A DNA stretch of 64,000 nt, taken from a virus. The stretch lies in the IMG/VR virus record IMGVR_UViG_3300020391_000003, positions 96,001 to 160,000 of that record. One strand, given 5' to 3'. The notes under the pieces are model-generated. The model had not been told where the DNA came from. It worked only from the letters and a program-made list of their open reading frames with translations, and did no database searches. Shown piece after piece: positions 16,662 through 25,322 of this stretch (position 1 is its first letter; the number at the start of each line of letters is the position of its first letter). A program made the position numbers and the translations under genes.

Positions 16662-16722
16662 ACCTATAACCTAGCACAAGAACTGCAAAAAGTCAAGAAA
16701 AACTTTCAACTATTTTTTTGCA

Positions 16723-17046
16723 CTATTCAACTGGAGGAAGAACTTGCCTTGTAGTATTGGGTTCGTGAGTCTTAACGAACCAAGCGGATGGGTCAATGAT
16801 TTGACCGTTTAGGCAAGCCTCAAAGTCAACTTGATGAAAGCCTAATCCTGTTATTCCGTTGACTCTTTCTCTTGTGGTTGGTGTATTCCAACCTGCAAGC
16901 GTAGCCATCACCAAACCGCTAGGATCACGGGTTACAATCTTGTTGCCATGCAACCAAACGCTTTCTCCGTCGGTGTGAGTATTGCCAACGGTTTTCGCTT
17001 GGCGGTTTTCAAATGCTTGTTTTATTTGTTCTGTGACTTTTCGCAT
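16723..17046 (-). CDS. Conserved-looking phage hypothetical protein
   Basis: Start moved to ATG 17046 (MRKVTEQI..VWLHGNKI..GWNTPTTRER). Confidence 0.75.
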   Translation of the reverse strand: MRKVTEQIKQAFENRQAKTVGNTHTDGESVWLHGNKIVTRDPSGLVMATLAGWNTPTTRERVNGITGLGFHQVDFEACLNGQIIDPSAWFVKTHEPNTTRQVLPPVE

Positions 17047-17048
17047 AA

Positions 17049-17291
17049 TTATTTTTTGTGTGTTAATTCTATTTGAAGATTTGTTGCTTGTTGCACAAAG
17101 TTGAGAGCATCTAGGATCGCTTGACCCTGAGTAATTGAGCCTTGCCAATCAGAAGAACTTGAGACTTCAGCGAGGAACTGCAGGTTACCTTGAGCTTTGG
17201 AAAGTAGTTGCACAATGTCAAGCTGTTTGGAAGCACGATTGCCGAGCTTGGTCATTGAAAGAATTTTTTCGCGTTCGGTTAAGTTTTGCAT
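17049..17291 (-). CDS. Hypothetical protein
   Basis: 80-aa ORF; own promoter. Confidence 0.7.
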   Translation of the reverse strand: MQNLTEREKILSMTKLGNRASKQLDIVQLLSKAQGNLQFLAEVSSSSDWQGSITQGQAILDALNFVQQATNLQIELTHKK

Positions 17292-17331
17292 GATTCTATT
17301 CTAGTGATTTGGTTGCTTGTGTCAAGCTTTA

Positions 17332-17532
17332 TTATTGAAAAACGACATTAAAACGAAACTGATTGAGACCTTCGTCTCGCATTATTCGATTGAGATGAGA
17401 TTGACTTGAAGCAGTGCGAACGCGTGGGCGTTCGTTGCCTTCTGCATCGACTCCTTGGTCGAAGATTTTGACAGCCCAATGGGTTGACCATCTTTTAATT
17501 CTTACTTGTATTGTTTTATTATTCTTAATCAT
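17332..17532 (-). CDS. Hypothetical protein
   Basis: 66-aa ORF. Confidence 0.65.
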   Translation of the reverse strand: MIKNNKTIQVRIKRWSTHWAVKIFDQGVDAEGNERPRVRTASSQSHLNRIMRDEGLNQFRFNVVFQ

Positions 17533-17584
17533 ATTTTTAATCTAATCTATTTTTTACTAAAAGTCAAGCTTTTTTTTAATTATT

Positions 17585-17770
17585 TTACTCCCATTCGGAG
17601 TGATGACCAAAGTCGATGTCCTCGACTTCTTGGAAGTCAAGGAGTGCAACCTTGTCCTGAAGGTCGCCGATTTCGTTGCGAATTGCAACAAGGTCAGCGG
17701 AAGTGAGAACGGAGTCCGCGAGGACTTCGCGAAGGAGAGAGATTTTGTTGAGCATTTCGGACTTAGTCAT
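17585..17770 (-). CDS. Hypothetical protein
   Basis: 61-aa ORF. Confidence 0.65.
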   Translation of the reverse strand: MTKSEMLNKISLLREVLADSVLTSADLVAIRNEIGDLQDKVALLDFQEVEDIDFGHHSEWE

Positions 17771-17846
17771 AATTTTTTTTGCGTTAGGTTTTCTTAATGT
17801 TATATTTACAATCTATCAGATGAATCGGTAAAAGTCAAGTTTTTTT

Positions 17847-17909
17847 TTACTTTTTTTTAATTATTTTAGTGAGGATAAGAATTTTTTCTCTTTCGGTCAA
17901 GTTTGTCAT
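17847..17909 (-). pseudogene. Truncated duplicate of the 17049-17291 N-terminus (MTNLTEREKILILTKIIKKK)
   Basis: Shares NLTEREKIL; sits behind promoter TTGACT-17-TATGTT (17976-17948). Confidence 0.55.
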
Positions 17910-17968
17910 TTTTATATTTGTTATATTGTTTATCTTATTATGTATATAACATAGCACAGAAACGCACA

Positions 17969-18093
17969 AAAGTCAAGAAAAACTTTCAACTATTTTATTG
18001 CACAATGCTGCTACCCCACCTACCTAACCCTACCCATTAAATGAATTAATTTTGCAATCGTATTGTGCAGCAACCGCCGGGGGTGGTTTTTTT
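17969..18093. repeat. Divergence-point element: inverted TGCACAAT/ATTGTGCA, C-rich tract, hairpin
   Basis: TTGCACAAT 17998-18006; CTACCCCACCTACCTAACCCTACCC; TGCAATCGTATTGTGCA 18053-18069 (same 17-mer as copy A); AACCGCC-GGG-GGTGGTT plus T-run. Confidence 0.7.
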
Positions 18094-18126
18094 CAATATG
18101 AAATTCATTTTATAATTTTTATTACA

Positions 18127-18195
18127 TATCTTGAATTAAAAAAATACCAGGCTATACAAAACCAATCTGCGCTATTATCTTGAATTAAAAAAATA
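18127..18195 (+). repeat. 20-bp direct repeat TATCTTGAATTAAAAAAATA x2
   Basis: 18127-18146 and 18176-18195. Confidence 0.75.
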
Positions 18196-18228
18196 ATTTG
18201 TGTACTTTATTTTATATTATTCTATATC

Positions 18229-18969
18229 ATGCCTCGACGCAAGAAAAAACCCGAGATCGTGGACGAAGCACAGATCGCAAAGATTAAGGCTTCTCTGACC
18301 AAAACTAACATCAAGCTAAAAAAACTAAAGCTCACAGACAAACAGTTAGAATTATTAAAAATTATATTTGACAAAGATTCAAAAATAATATTTATAAGTG
18401 GACCCGCAGGAACCAGCAAAACATTTGTCGCAATATATGGTGCTCTGCAGTTATTCAACATGAACAATGAGCGCAGCATAACATATGTTCGAACTATTGC
18501 CGAAAGCGGCGAAAAGAGTTTAGGCGCACTTCCTGGAGAAATGGCAGAAAAAATTAATCCGTACATGATGCCCATGAACGAAAAGCTCGAAGAACTTTTG
18601 TTGGCTGGACAAGCTCGAACTGTAAAAGAAGAAGATATAATAAAAGGCATGCCAATTAATTATTTACGCGGAGCAAGTTGGAGAAATGAAATTGTAATTG
18701 CTGATGAATCACAAAATTTTACATTCAAAGAATTAACTACTTTAATGACGCGATTAGGAGAAAACAGTAAATTAATTATTTGTGGTGATCCTATGCAAAG
18801 TGATATCAATGGAAAAAGTGGATTTTCAGATATGTATACATTATTTAATGATACTGAAAGCAAAAACAAAGGCGTTCATACATTTTGCTTTGGGCCTGAA
18901 GATATCAAGCGCAGCGAAATACTAAAATTTATCATCGAAAAGCTCAGAACCACAAAACGACAAAAATAG
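18229..18969 (+). CDS. phoH: PhoH-family ATPase
   Basis: GPAGTSKT, LGALPG, YLRGASW, IADESQN, GDPMQSD, RSEI motifs. Confidence 0.95.
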   Translation: MPRRKKKPEIVDEAQIAKIKASLTKTNIKLKKLKLTDKQLELLKIIFDKDSKIIFISGPAGTSKTFVAIYGALQLFNMNNERSITYVRTIAESGEKSLGALPGEMAEKINPYMMPMNEKLEELLLAGQARTVKEEDIIKGMPINYLRGASWRNEIVIADESQNFTFKELTTLMTRLGENSKLIICGDPMQSDINGKSGFSDMYTLFNDTESKNKGVHTFCFGPEDIKRSEILKFIIEKLRTTKRQK

Positions 18970-18973
18970 TGTA
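18969..18973 (+). promoter_or_regulatory. GTGTA motif (representative copy; candidate late-promoter element)
   Basis: Recurs 9-14 nt upstream of ATG at 10 non-early genes (see findings). Confidence 0.55.
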
Positions 18974-18983
18974 GTATATACAT

Positions 18984-21446
18984 ATGAGCGAGATAACACC
19001 CCCAAGCCCAATTATTTCTCTAAATCTTGGGCCCCAAAATCCAGGCAACACTCCAGTGCGTTATTTTTTCGCGCAATTTATGCCTGATTGGGGTGGGCCG
19101 TCTCGCGATTTTGTAATAAATTTTCCATACTACAAACTGCAGTCTGGTCAACGAGTGTTTGATAATAGAATTGCTTTTACCAAAGAATCTTTAACTGCTG
19201 AGTACAGAAGAGTGAATGGTTTGGCCTCTGTGGCATCGGTATCAGATTCTGACCTGCAAACATATTGGAATTCGGTTACAAAAATTAAAGTTAAATTTGC
19301 TTACTTCGGTCATCGAGGTCAGGCATTAGGTACGTCTGGTAGTTATAGTAGCTGGATAGCAAGTTCAAAAACCTATGACCGTACTCCAATAACAGGAACC
19401 ATAACAATTGAGGGAACAAATACAAACGTAAGTGCCCAAGATTTGATCAACGGAAGTACCGCATGGCCTACAGAATCAGAATTCAACGCGATTCAGACGC
19501 ATTTCCGAAAATTTGCAGCGGCGCTTTTTACAGATAATGTTGAGTATGAAATCAATGTGCCTGATGGAGCAAGTGATAATTTTTGGCTAGATGTAGATGC
19601 GGGTGACCCTCGTAATCTTGTAGGCGCTGCAGGTAGTACGCCGCTTGATGGACCATGGAAAGGCGTGATTATGGGAGGCCTAAATATCGATTTTCCTGAA
19701 GCGCGAGGATACGCGTTAATGTCAAACGAAGAAGATTACGAAATCTCTACAGAACAATTTGTACCAATATTGGTTTCATATACTACCCCAATGGCCAGCG
19801 CATCAGCATCTGGGCCAGTTGATGTTATAGTCAGAGGTATGGATGCAAGCCACAATACGCTTGCGACAGATACTGAAGCAACCACATTCGATTCAAGCAA
19901 ATATTATCGAGTAAATGTAAATGCCATCGGAGTTGATCACTGGGGTTGGCGCATCGACAAATATGCGGGTGAAAATAGCACAGAAACCATGATGCCTGCA
20001 GGTTCAACATATTTTACAATAAATGGTGTTGATTATCAAGCAAGTGGCGGCACAACATCTTCAAGTAGTGGTGGAAGTACTAGCGTTCCTTTAGCATATA
20101 CTACAGCTCAACAAGCTTGCGACCCTAATGCGAACTTAGATGGATACCTATATGATGAAAACCATTACGTGATTAGATATGCAGCGGTTCAACGTTTTGG
20201 GTCATTTACTGCCCGCGGTCAGGTTTATGAGTTTTATTGTTATGGTTCTGCCAGCTCGTTTGTAACAAATGCCCCGGATTTTACCCCATTTTATACACTT
20301 CAAGCTGAGACATTAAGTTTATTCAACACATCAATCTGTGTTGGATGGGCCGCTTGGCAATATTCGGCTCAGATTAATACGGAAATGGCAGCATTTGGGC
20401 TTGTATATGACGGGGCGAAGAATTCTATTTTACAACATACTCTCGACACCCCGTATGTAGCCGGTTCTAATTTGGCCTCCTCCCAGAATTATAGAGAATA
20501 CATACATCCCCAGAATTGTTCAACATCAAATAATCTAGACGGTTATGACACGAACTCAGCTGCATCTGGTGGTAATGGGGTTGTTGTTATAAATAACGGA
20601 GGACTAACTTCACATATAGAAGCATTGCAGGTCACTGCTGGTACTGATCTAGAACAAATTAGCATTTACCCAATTAAAAAAATTACATCTTCAACACCTT
20701 CAACATTTGATACCTCAGATCGATCCCTATGGGGTGGCACAAATTATCCAAAATTAGATATATTTTATGCCCACGGTCACGGTGGAACTTACAACGGATA
20801 TGGAACTGGCTATACCAAGACATTTATCAATTGGAAACAGGGTTACGGACCGCACTCAGGACAATTGGATCAATGGTCCTGGATGTGGACTCATACGGGG
20901 CATACGGGGTATATATATGGTTCTCGAAAAATAAAAGGAAGATGGCTTGGCGATGCGGGTGGATCCGGTGACGATGATGGCACTCCAGTCTATCCTGGAT
21001 ACAATTTTGGATATTGGGCGCAGCCTTTTGTGAGCCCTCCGGCAGATGGAATATATCCAGACGGATCAACTCGCCCTCATCCTAATAATATTAGTTCCAG
21101 TTCTCACGCAAACATAACATACGGTTACGACTTATCAAATTACGGGAACCCCGCACCCGTTACAGATAGCAATGGAGTTATGACGTGGGAGCGAGCAATG
21201 ATGGGCCCAATTTCAGATATTATGGAATATGATGTAACAATTGGTAGCCAAACCGTAGCTGGGTACCGTTCTGAATTTCGCGGAATAACTTTCGCTGAAA
21301 ATGTAGGGTTCGGACTAAGAAGCACAAGTTGGGACGAGGGTTCAGACGGAGAAACAGCGGGCACCACGTTTAAGGGCGCGGCATTTTTAGTTGTTGGATT
21401 CCAAGATGATGCAGGAGTCTGGCATTACAAAGACGAATACCTTTAA
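18984..21446 (+). CDS. Large G/S/T-rich putative virion fibre/adhesin protein
   Basis: 820 aa; composition typical of beta-rich structural proteins; no family recognised. Confidence 0.55.
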   Translation: MSEITPPSPIISLNLGPQNPGNTPVRYFFAQFMPDWGGPSRDFVINFPYYKLQSGQRVFDNRIAFTKESLTAEYRRVNGLASVASVSDSDLQTYWNSVTKIKVKFAYFGHRGQALGTSGSYSSWIASSKTYDRTPITGTITIEGTNTNVSAQDLINGSTAWPTESEFNAIQTHFRKFAAALFTDNVEYEINVPDGASDNFWLDVDAGDPRNLVGAAGSTPLDGPWKGVIMGGLNIDFPEARGYALMSNEEDYEISTEQFVPILVSYTTPMASASASGPVDVIVRGMDASHNTLATDTEATTFDSSKYYRVNVNAIGVDHWGWRIDKYAGENSTETMMPAGSTYFTINGVDYQASGGTTSSSSGGSTSVPLAYTTAQQACDPNANLDGYLYDENHYVIRYAAVQRFGSFTARGQVYEFYCYGSASSFVTNAPDFTPFYTLQAETLSLFNTSICVGWAAWQYSAQINTEMAAFGLVYDGAKNSILQHTLDTPYVAGSNLASSQNYREYIHPQNCSTSNNLDGYDTNSAASGGNGVVVINNGGLTSHIEALQVTAGTDLEQISIYPIKKITSSTPSTFDTSDRSLWGGTNYPKLDIFYAHGHGGTYNGYGTGYTKTFINWKQGYGPHSGQLDQWSWMWTHTGHTGYIYGSRKIKGRWLGDAGGSGDDDGTPVYPGYNFGYWAQPFVSPPADGIYPDGSTRPHPNNISSSSHANITYGYDLSNYGNPAPVTDSNGVMTWERAMMGPISDIMEYDVTIGSQTVAGYRSEFRGITFAENVGFGLRSTSWDEGSDGETAGTTFKGAAFLVVGFQDDAGVWHYKDEYL

Positions 21447-21451
21447 TAAAA

Positions 21452-22012
21452 ATGATACAAAAAAATAATAGTTTAATACCGCAAATTCAGACCGAACTTG
21501 ATGACATCCTCGCAAGCTGGGACCAACTCACTATAAAAAAAGAAACAAACGATTCAATAGATTTTTCATCCCAAGATTCACTCGCTAATGCAATAAATGA
21601 TCGCAAAAGATACAGTAAAATGATCAGTTATGAATTTGGACAAAAACAAAAAGATCTTGCTTTAAAAATTGAAGATATTATTGAAGAACCTGTTCTAGCT
21701 AGGGGTTGCAGTAAATATCCTGCGGGCGGAGGTTTGGTTTGGCATGATAATTTGGAATGTGTTGGAAAAAGATTGTATCTAAGTTTTGCGGTAGAGTCCG
21801 AAAAGAGTTTTTTTAGATATCAAGACTGGGAAACCAAAGAAATAGTTACTTTATATGATCAAGGAGTTTGGGAAGCAAGAGAATTCGAGGTAACATTTGA
21901 AAAGCCCGTTTGGCACTGTGTTGAAAGTGAAACAGAAAGATACAGCTTGGGGTTTTTTGTTGGAGAAAAAGGGTTAAACTTGATGGAAAGGCAGGCTATC
22001 GGTTTATTATGA
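21452..22012 (+). CDS. Putative 2OG-Fe(II)/cupin oxygenase-like protein
   Basis: YPAGGGLVWHDN..WHCVES..RYSLGF. Confidence 0.6.
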   Translation: MIQKNNSLIPQIQTELDDILASWDQLTIKKETNDSIDFSSQDSLANAINDRKRYSKMISYEFGQKQKDLALKIEDIIEEPVLARGCSKYPAGGGLVWHDNLECVGKRLYLSFAVESEKSFFRYQDWETKEIVTLYDQGVWEAREFEVTFEKPVWHCVESETERYSLGFFVGEKGLNLMERQAIGLL

Positions 22013-22383
22013 TAAAAGGTTGGCACGTTTTGGATGGGGATTGGGCCATCGAGGGATTTGAGGATTTAAAGGTAAGTCCTGCTAAATTTGTTAAAGATGA
22101 TATGCGCATTGTTAAATTTGCAGACTTTTGCCACAAGCCTCTTCCGGATATGAATTGTCCTAATTTTAACGTAAATAGGTATCAGAATGCAGATCCAAGA
22201 TTTCCAGGTATTCTTGCCGAAGGTGTACCAAATCCTGAAAATAAAAAATACAGAATGTGCGATGGCAGATATAGATTATTAAAAATGAAAAATAGTGGAA
22301 TAAAAGAAGCGTTATTTATAATAATAAATAAAAAAACATTTATGAACGCTGCCAAACTACAATTTGAAGAGAATTTAACATGA
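22009..22383 (+). CDS. ParB/Srx-like domain protein
   Basis: RFPGIL..YRMCDGRYRL motif. Confidence 0.5.
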   Translation: MIKGWHVLDGDWAIEGFEDLKVSPAKFVKDDMRIVKFADFCHKPLPDMNCPNFNVNRYQNADPRFPGILAEGVPNPENKKYRMCDGRYRLLKMKNSGIKEALFIIINKKTFMNAAKLQFEENLT

Positions 22384-23519
22384 GCAGAAGATACATGCAG
22401 TCAAGTGGCCCAATCAGCCTAAAGAATATAAAGACATTTATAGACCGAGATTATTATCATCCTGGAGCGGTGGCAGTAAACGGATATTATCCGTTATACA
22501 CTAGCGCTTCTGCTGCAAATGCAAATCAATCCGGAGACGGATCTTCTCATACTCATGTATTCGGGTCAACAACATACTATATGCCCAACGGCCTGACCAT
22601 GGGCACAAATCAATTTCATGGAGATCTTCCCACGGTTAGCTATTCGAATATCAGCCTAGCAACGCTTTTTACTGAAGCTCAAAATACTAGTCCTTCTGCT
22701 GCAGTACTTCCAAATGGTAATTTTACTGCTCCTCACTCGATGAGCGAGTTTCATGATGCATATATACAAATGAGCAGCATTCAAATCACAAGTATCGAAG
22801 AACTTCTTTGGGATTTGGTTATAAATGTAAATGCTCCTGCAGGATCTGCAACAGTTGCATCTGGCGCTGGATCGTATGCGCCAGGAACAGTTGTTAATAT
22901 TTCCGTAAGTTTTGATGCTTCGAGTGAACATTTTACAAATTGGACTGGCGGAACTGTTGCAGATTCAAGTTCATCATCAACCACAGTAACCATGGATGGA
23001 GACAAAACTTTAACCGCAAATCTAGCAGAGCACACTGGACCGTCTCAACCACCCGATGCTGTTGGCCCAACTTGTCGTCAGGTTACAATGCTAAATACAG
23101 GCATGGGATTCACAAGCATTGCGGACATTCAGGCTTTGTTTGGTACAAACATATACTGGATAGACTCGGGCAACCATAAATACAGCAGTCGGACAAGTTT
23201 CGGTGGCGGCAACAGCGGGCTTCCTTATGGTACCGCAGGCGAACTAGATTCTGAGGGCAGAATCACCAAGTGGTGCGCAGGTAATTTTAGCTTTGATGTA
23301 GACGAAGATGATGATGGCCCAGACCCACATACAGTTTACATTCTTCAAGATCCTCTCGAACTCTGGGTTCAAGCACCGAATGGGCGATGGAATAAAGGTT
23401 GGACTAGTAATGGCTGGGGCAATAACAACAATCCCAACCCCAACGGAGTTCCTGATTTTACAAACAGAATTTATGCGAAGTGGACGCAAACACCTTACTT
23501 CTCTTATCAATCGGATTAA
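22380..23519 (+). CDS. Putative fibre/adhesin with an InlB-B-like bacterial repeat domain
   Basis: GAGSYAPGTVVNISV..FTNWTG..VTMDGDKTLTANL. Confidence 0.65.
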   Translation: MSRRYMQSSGPISLKNIKTFIDRDYYHPGAVAVNGYYPLYTSASAANANQSGDGSSHTHVFGSTTYYMPNGLTMGTNQFHGDLPTVSYSNISLATLFTEAQNTSPSAAVLPNGNFTAPHSMSEFHDAYIQMSSIQITSIEELLWDLVINVNAPAGSATVASGAGSYAPGTVVNISVSFDASSEHFTNWTGGTVADSSSSSTTVTMDGDKTLTANLAEHTGPSQPPDAVGPTCRQVTMLNTGMGFTSIADIQALFGTNIYWIDSGNHKYSSRTSFGGGNSGLPYGTAGELDSEGRITKWCAGNFSFDVDEDDDGPDPHTVYILQDPLELWVQAPNGRWNKGWTSNGWGNNNNPNPNGVPDFTNRIYAKWTQTPYFSYQSD

Positions 23520-23524
23520 AAAAT

Positions 23525-24085
23525 ATGAAAAATTACGTTTCACTAGAACAGTTCATCGAAGAATTCGAGCAATCGATAAACAACATAATCGAAGATATGC
23601 CTTCTGTGCAAGCAACAAAAGAAGAGCTTGAACAAGCGCTCTCCAAAGAAAACTTGATGAATATAATTGATCAAAAAGAAGATCTATGTCACGCACGATT
23701 GATCGACGACAATGATTCAAGAATTATCTATCGAAAAGTAAGCGGAGATGCTTCGCAGTATCCAAATTTGCGCCCCGAAATTGCAGATCTAAGAATTGAG
23801 GGATACAAGCGTAGTGGATTTTTTGCTTATCCTGAAAATACTTTCTGCGGATGGCACACAAATAGCAATAATACAGGAGAAAGGCTTTACATTGTTTACG
23901 CAGATCAAGACGAAAAAAGTTTTTTTAGATATTACGATTCAGAAAAAGACGCAGTCGTCACCAAGTGGGAGAAAAAGGGAATCAATATAAACAAGTTTAC
24001 GTGCTCGCAAGAAAATTTATTCTGGCACTGCGCGGGCAGCTACTGCAACAGAATTAGCGTAGGGTTCAATAAAATCGAAGACTAA
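23525..24085 (+). CDS. Putative 2OG-Fe(II)/cupin oxygenase-like protein, paralogue of 21452
   Basis: Start moved to ATG 23525; YPENTFCGWHTN..EKSFFRY..WHCAGS..RISVGF. Confidence 0.6.
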   Translation: MKNYVSLEQFIEEFEQSINNIIEDMPSVQATKEELEQALSKENLMNIIDQKEDLCHARLIDDNDSRIIYRKVSGDASQYPNLRPEIADLRIEGYKRSGFFAYPENTFCGWHTNSNNTGERLYIVYADQDEKSFFRYYDSEKDAVVTKWEKKGININKFTCSQENLFWHCAGSYCNRISVGFNKIED

Positions 24086-24162
24086 ATCTATACAAGTATA
24101 TTATATAAACTAATTTATAGACACTTTTAAATTAAGCTCTAATCTTGCGTGTATTTATTTCT

Positions 24163-24225
24163 ATGGAAATGCAAGAAATATTGCGAACAGATATAGTTAG
24201 ATTATTAGAAAAATTGGAAAAATGA
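24163..24225 (+). CDS. 20-aa leader ORF
   Basis: GTGTA 9 nt upstream; ATGA overlap with 24222. Confidence 0.4.
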   Translation: MEMQEILRTDIVRLLEKLEK

Positions 24226-24533
24226 AATTAATCATCGATTCCTATCTTACTGAGCCACCCAGCGAAATTACTTGTTTTCGCGATATTACATTGTACGCAA
24301 AAACTTTTTGTTTTGAAGATATTTTATTGGAATGTCCTCCAGGTACTCGTAGCATGTACTGGAATTGGCTCAAAAGATACGGCGCGCATGATTTTGTTAG
24401 TTATTTAATTAAGTCCACAGAAATTGAAAGTGGATATACTATAAAAACAACTAAACCTGCCAATATAGTAATCGACAAGTTTGATAACGATAATTTAAAT
24501 TATCTTGTTACTCGCTTTGAGTTTCTTCGCTAG
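24222..24533 (+). CDS. Hypothetical protein
   Basis: 103-aa ORF. Confidence 0.7.
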   Translation: MKLIIDSYLTEPPSEITCFRDITLYAKTFCFEDILLECPPGTRSMYWNWLKRYGAHDFVSYLIKSTEIESGYTIKTTKPANIVIDKFDNDNLNYLVTRFEFLR

Positions 24534-24804
24534 GCTGCTCTTTGGGTTTAAGAGCTTCTTCAAGAATTTTCTGGAAATCTTCTTCGCTTAAATTTTTAAC
24601 CGTTTCTTTTGCGCGGCTCAAAGCTTGATTTTGTACGATTTGAACTAATGTATCCATAGGAACCGCAGATAATGCGTCTACGAGAGTTGATCTTGCTAAA
24701 AAGTCATTTGCAATGTATTGCGTAACTTTTTGCGTTTCTTCCTCTGAAGGAGCGTTAGATTCTTGAGTTTCCTCAGCGTTTTTTTCTAGAGTTGCATCTG
24801 TCAT
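24508..24804 (-). CDS. Acidic hypothetical protein
   Basis: 98-aa ORF. Confidence 0.7.
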   Translation of the reverse strand: MTDATLEKNAEETQESNAPSEEETQKVTQYIANDFLARSTLVDALSAVPMDTLVQIVQNQALSRAKETVKNLSEEDFQKILEEALKPKEQPSEETQSE

Positions 24805-24842
24805 ATATATATGATATAATTATTAAAGATAAATTAAAGTGA

Positions 24843-25040
24843 TTAATGTATATTATATAAACCACCTTTTCGCGGTGTATTTATAATCATATTTTGCATC
24901 ATGTTTTGAATTACTATTTGTTGTTTTAATTCTTGTATTTGTAGATTTTGTTTTTGAATTACTTTGTGTTGATCCCACGCAAACCACGACAAGAAAAAGA
25001 TGAGCAACAGCAAACTTATTGTTCCTAAATGATCATTCAC
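24843..25040 (-). CDS. Small TM + coiled-coil protein
   Basis: GTG start; hydrophobic N-terminus. Confidence 0.6.
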   Translation of the reverse strand: MNDHLGTISLLLLIFFLSWFAWDQHKVIQKQNLQIQELKQQIVIQNMMQNMIINTPRKGGLYNIH

Positions 25041-25216
25041 ATCTTATTGTAGTAACTTTGTTTTATTTTTTCTATAGCCAATTCAAGATCGTAATTGTTT
25101 TCCTTTGCGTATCTTTGAAAAGTTTTAAATTCTATACCTTTATGAATATCATTAAATTCACTTTTTTTGATATAAAATTCATAATACCATGCTGAAATTA
25201 ATTCTGAAGTATTCAT
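25037..25216 (-). CDS. Hypothetical protein (59 aa)
   Basis: Hand-translated MNTSELISAWYYEF..; GTGA overlap with the next gene. Confidence 0.6.
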   Translation of the reverse strand: MNTSELISAWYYEFYIKKSEFNDIHKGIEFKTFQRYAKENNYDLELAIEKIKQSYYNKM

Positions 25217-25322
25217 TTTATTGTATTTGAATATACAATATACACATTTAATATAAGAATATAATGTGTGCAGAAAGAATCTGCAAACAACTTTAAAGTC
25301 TAAAATAGTGTATATAAATTAG

